Positions 61,501 through 64,000 of a stretch of DNA of 64,000 nucleotides are shown here, one piece after another. Made by a program: the position numbers and the translations under genes. Position 1 is the stretch's first letter, and each line of letters begins with the position of its first letter. The stretch covers positions 35,774,001 through 35,838,000 of the forward strand of contig NC_082739.1 in the NCBI RefSeq assembly GCF_030144855.1, given 5' to 3'. Origin of the DNA: Hypanus sabinus. Taxonomy: Eukaryota. Below the pieces are notes generated by a model. The model was given only the letters and a program-made list of their open reading frames with translations, did not search any database and was not told the origin of the DNA.

Positions 61501-62222
61501 TATAGAAACCTCAAAATCAATACGTATTCTTCCATCTCTCATTATCACTTGGGAGTCAATTGCAACAGATGAATTACATGACACAGTGTGTGACGGCAGC
61601 GGCTCTTGGTGTGCTCCATCCCTGAGACCTTCAGCAGATGGATGAAACCCTTTGCATCCAAACACAGTAAAGGGTATGAAATCCACAAAGAATGCTTCAG
61701 ATCTCAGTGAGTGAACAACACGTTGCTGGTGGGAGGGAGGACAACCGCGATTGGTTATTAGTGGGGAAAGGGATAGTGGTGGTGTGGGGTGCAGTAAGGG
61801 CACAGTCTGTTGAAAACAGGACACTCTTGTCCTAATAACCATACCTGCCTTTGTCCCCATGGACACCATGATTGCTCCTTCCTTCCAGTTCATGTTCTGA
61901 GGCTGTACCAGGTACCTCAAACCCACGGTGTCCCAGCTCAAGTGCAAAACCAACACAAACATCTGGAGAAAAAGAGAATGGTGGAGGAGAGGACCAGATT
62001 TCTGACTGTCCACAACTGCGACTTGACTGTCTAGACAGATTTCTGCCAACAGAACTATTGCATTCAAAGGAATAAAGGATTCACTCATTCCTGGTTGCCA
62101 GCACAACTTTTTTAGGGGGACCTATCAGAGAAACCTTTCTGTCTTACCACTCTGGACATCACAATAACAACTTTCATTGTCTCCCTAACTTCCTTTGGGA
62201 AGGTAGTGGTGAACAGCTGTGG

Positions 62223-62480
62223 CAAGGGTGCCAACCTTTTTGGGAGTGTGTGGACAAATTGTCAGTAATCTTTCTCTGCCGTACCATGGTAATTTTTGAG
62301 CAGAGATCATCGATTAATGAATTAGTAACAATCTCTTAGTAAAAAAATTATTTTGTTGCTTCAATTGGCAGGAAAGATAATCGTTATGTATCCTTTTTAT
62401 TATGGGTGGGGTTTAAAGAATTGCAGGGCATGCCACATGCCAACAAAATTTTTGTGTGTGCCAGAGGTTCACCAGCCCTG
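62223..62480. mobile_element. hAT-type MITE
   Basis: Imperfect TIRs caagggtgccaacct and aggttcaccagccctg. 8-bp TSD AGCTGTGG (62215-62222) and AGCCGTGG (62481-62488). Confidence 0.78.
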
Positions 62481-63344
62481 AGCCGTGGTATTTGTAATCA
62501 TAATGCTGTTGAATTGGAAATTTCAGGAATTAGACCTAGTGCTAATGAAGTACAACTGTAAGGGAAAAAGTTAACTCAGATCTGCAGGATTCACTCAGTT
62601 AAACCGAACAAGAGTGAGGACAGTCTGGGACAGAGAAGGATTGGGAAGTGAAGTGAGAGCACTTTAGTAATTGTGATCATAACTCAGTTAGATTTATGGA
62701 AAGAGAAAAGAGGGAAACCAGGAGTAAAAATTAGGGAAAGGGCAATTTTATCGGGGTGTGATTTGTTTCAGAAAGGTGTCAAGAAAAAGTTACTCAAACT
62801 TAAAATGTGTTCAAAGCAGTGGAACAAAGCAGAGTGACAGTGAGAGTTCAGGACAAATGGACTCACTGAACAAAAAAAAATGTGTGCTCCCTCATCGAAA
62901 CTCTTTTGGGTAAAGAGAATCAAGACAATAAAGGAGAGCTTCAATCAGAGCTGTACATCACAGAAATCCCTGAGGAATACAGAAGGTGCAGGGTGAAATC
63001 ACCACCAAGAGTTGATATAGGAAAAGGAAAGCATGAAAAAAAGTCAAGAAAAGGAAACAGAATTTCATGACGTGAGTGTTTTCCAGCATTGTGTGATAGA
63101 AAATCAATATTTTTCCTGAAGCAAAACACTATTTTGATCATTTTAGGGCTATCCTGATCAGACATCCTGGCAACGCAGATGTGTTTTCTGTGTTCAGGCA
63201 ACATTCCTCAACTAAGATTCTTGCAGGAAAACCTGGATCATGTTTTCCTGTTGAGTATAACTCTTTGGATGTGATAACCTTACAAAGAAAGAAAATATTA
63301 AGAGGTTTTGCATCTTTGAAATTACCAAGCCCTGTGTATGGTGA

Positions 63345-63905
63345 TGGAGCAGTGGTTAAATTGTTGAACTGGTAACAAGTTGCCTAGACCAACAACCCTG
63401 AGAAAGAAGGTTTAAGTCCCACCATGGTGGTTGGGGACTTGGTTGTGTGGCGTGTGGCCAAGTGGTTAAGGCGTTTGTCTAGTGATCTGAAAGTCGCTAG
63501 TTCGAGCCTCAGCCTCACCACACGTTGCTCTGCGACGACACCGGTGCCAAGCTGTATGGGTCTTAATGCCCTTCCCTTCGACAACATCAGTTGCATGGAG
63601 AGTGAAAACTTGCAACATAGGCAACTGCCAGTCTCCCATACAACCTCGCTTCGATGGACAGCCGAAGAAGGTGGTTGAGGAACTTAAAATACAGTTAATA
63701 ATCTGATTTAATTTTAATGCAAAACAATTGGACTGTCATACAAACCCACCTGCAGGAGAGGGACCCATTCCTACCTGGTTGAGTCTACCTGTAATTCCAG
63801 GTGCACAGGACTATTGAAACGCCCACTGTTCTGGGCCAGTGAGGATGAAGATCAAACATTGGCATTGCCACTGATGCCCAGATCCTGAAAAAAATGAATA
63901 AAATG
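63345..63905 (+). mobile_element. Old tRNA-derived SINE with CR1-type tail, interrupted by a younger SINE
   Basis: Head tggagcagtgg...ggtttaagtcccaccatgg; tail ggcattgccactgatgcccagatcctgaaaaaaatgaataaaa. Confidence 0.55.
63441..63669 (+). mobile_element. tRNA-derived SINE with RTE-like (GAA) tail
   Basis: A box tggccaagtgg and B box agttcgagcc. Approximate TSD ggtggttggggactt (63426-63440) and ggtggttgaggaactt (63670-63685). Confidence 0.8.
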
Positions 63906-64000
63906 ACCTGTACCCTGGTGCTGAGAAAGGAAAAGAGGATAAAGCAGAGATTGTAAACATTATTTTACAATCCTTTATACGCTTCCATTGTTTAAAGAAG

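Noticed and set aside
61444-62106. 220-aa minus-strand ORF as a single-exon gene
   Set aside because: Non-ATG start, no recognisable homology, and it runs into a Tc1 TIR. Only the internal exon-like piece was kept as a weak lead.
63448-63520. tRNA gene (likewise 30900-30970 and ~45050-45115)
   Set aside because: A and B boxes are SINE heads that continue into SINE bodies and tails; no proper cloverleaf.

Overview
This is vertebrate genomic DNA. The repeat content (V-SINEs, Deu-domain SINEs, dense CR1, Rex1/Babar LINEs, Penelope termini) points to a cartilaginous fish, probably a ray; that assignment is inferred. Positions 1-~22.3 kb hold the 3' half of CDON, the Hedgehog co-receptor, on the + strand. 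Six coding exons splice together in phase (2517-2639, 3009-3233, 6615-6892, 12506-12585, 15574-15830, 19338-19501) and encode the end of the last FN3 domain, the TM helix and the cytoplasmic tail, followed by a long, apparently repeat-free 3' UTR. From ~23 kb to 64 kb the window is mostly decayed, often nested transposons: CR1 LINEs, Rex1/Babar, an L1-clade fragment, Penelope termini, a solo LTR, Tc1 and hAT derivatives, and several SINE families. I found no convincing new multi-gene system. The leads most worth checking are: palindromic Penelope-derived elements with hammerhead-ribozyme remnants; a motif-dense candidate CDON intronic enhancer (RFX, MEIS, PBX-HOX, TCF); apparent loss of the CDON caspase-site Asp; two young CR1 copies sharing one internal stop codon; and a near-full-length CR1 with three nested insertions. 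Family names and human CDON comparisons are from memory, not database searches. Boundaries of old repeats are approximate.
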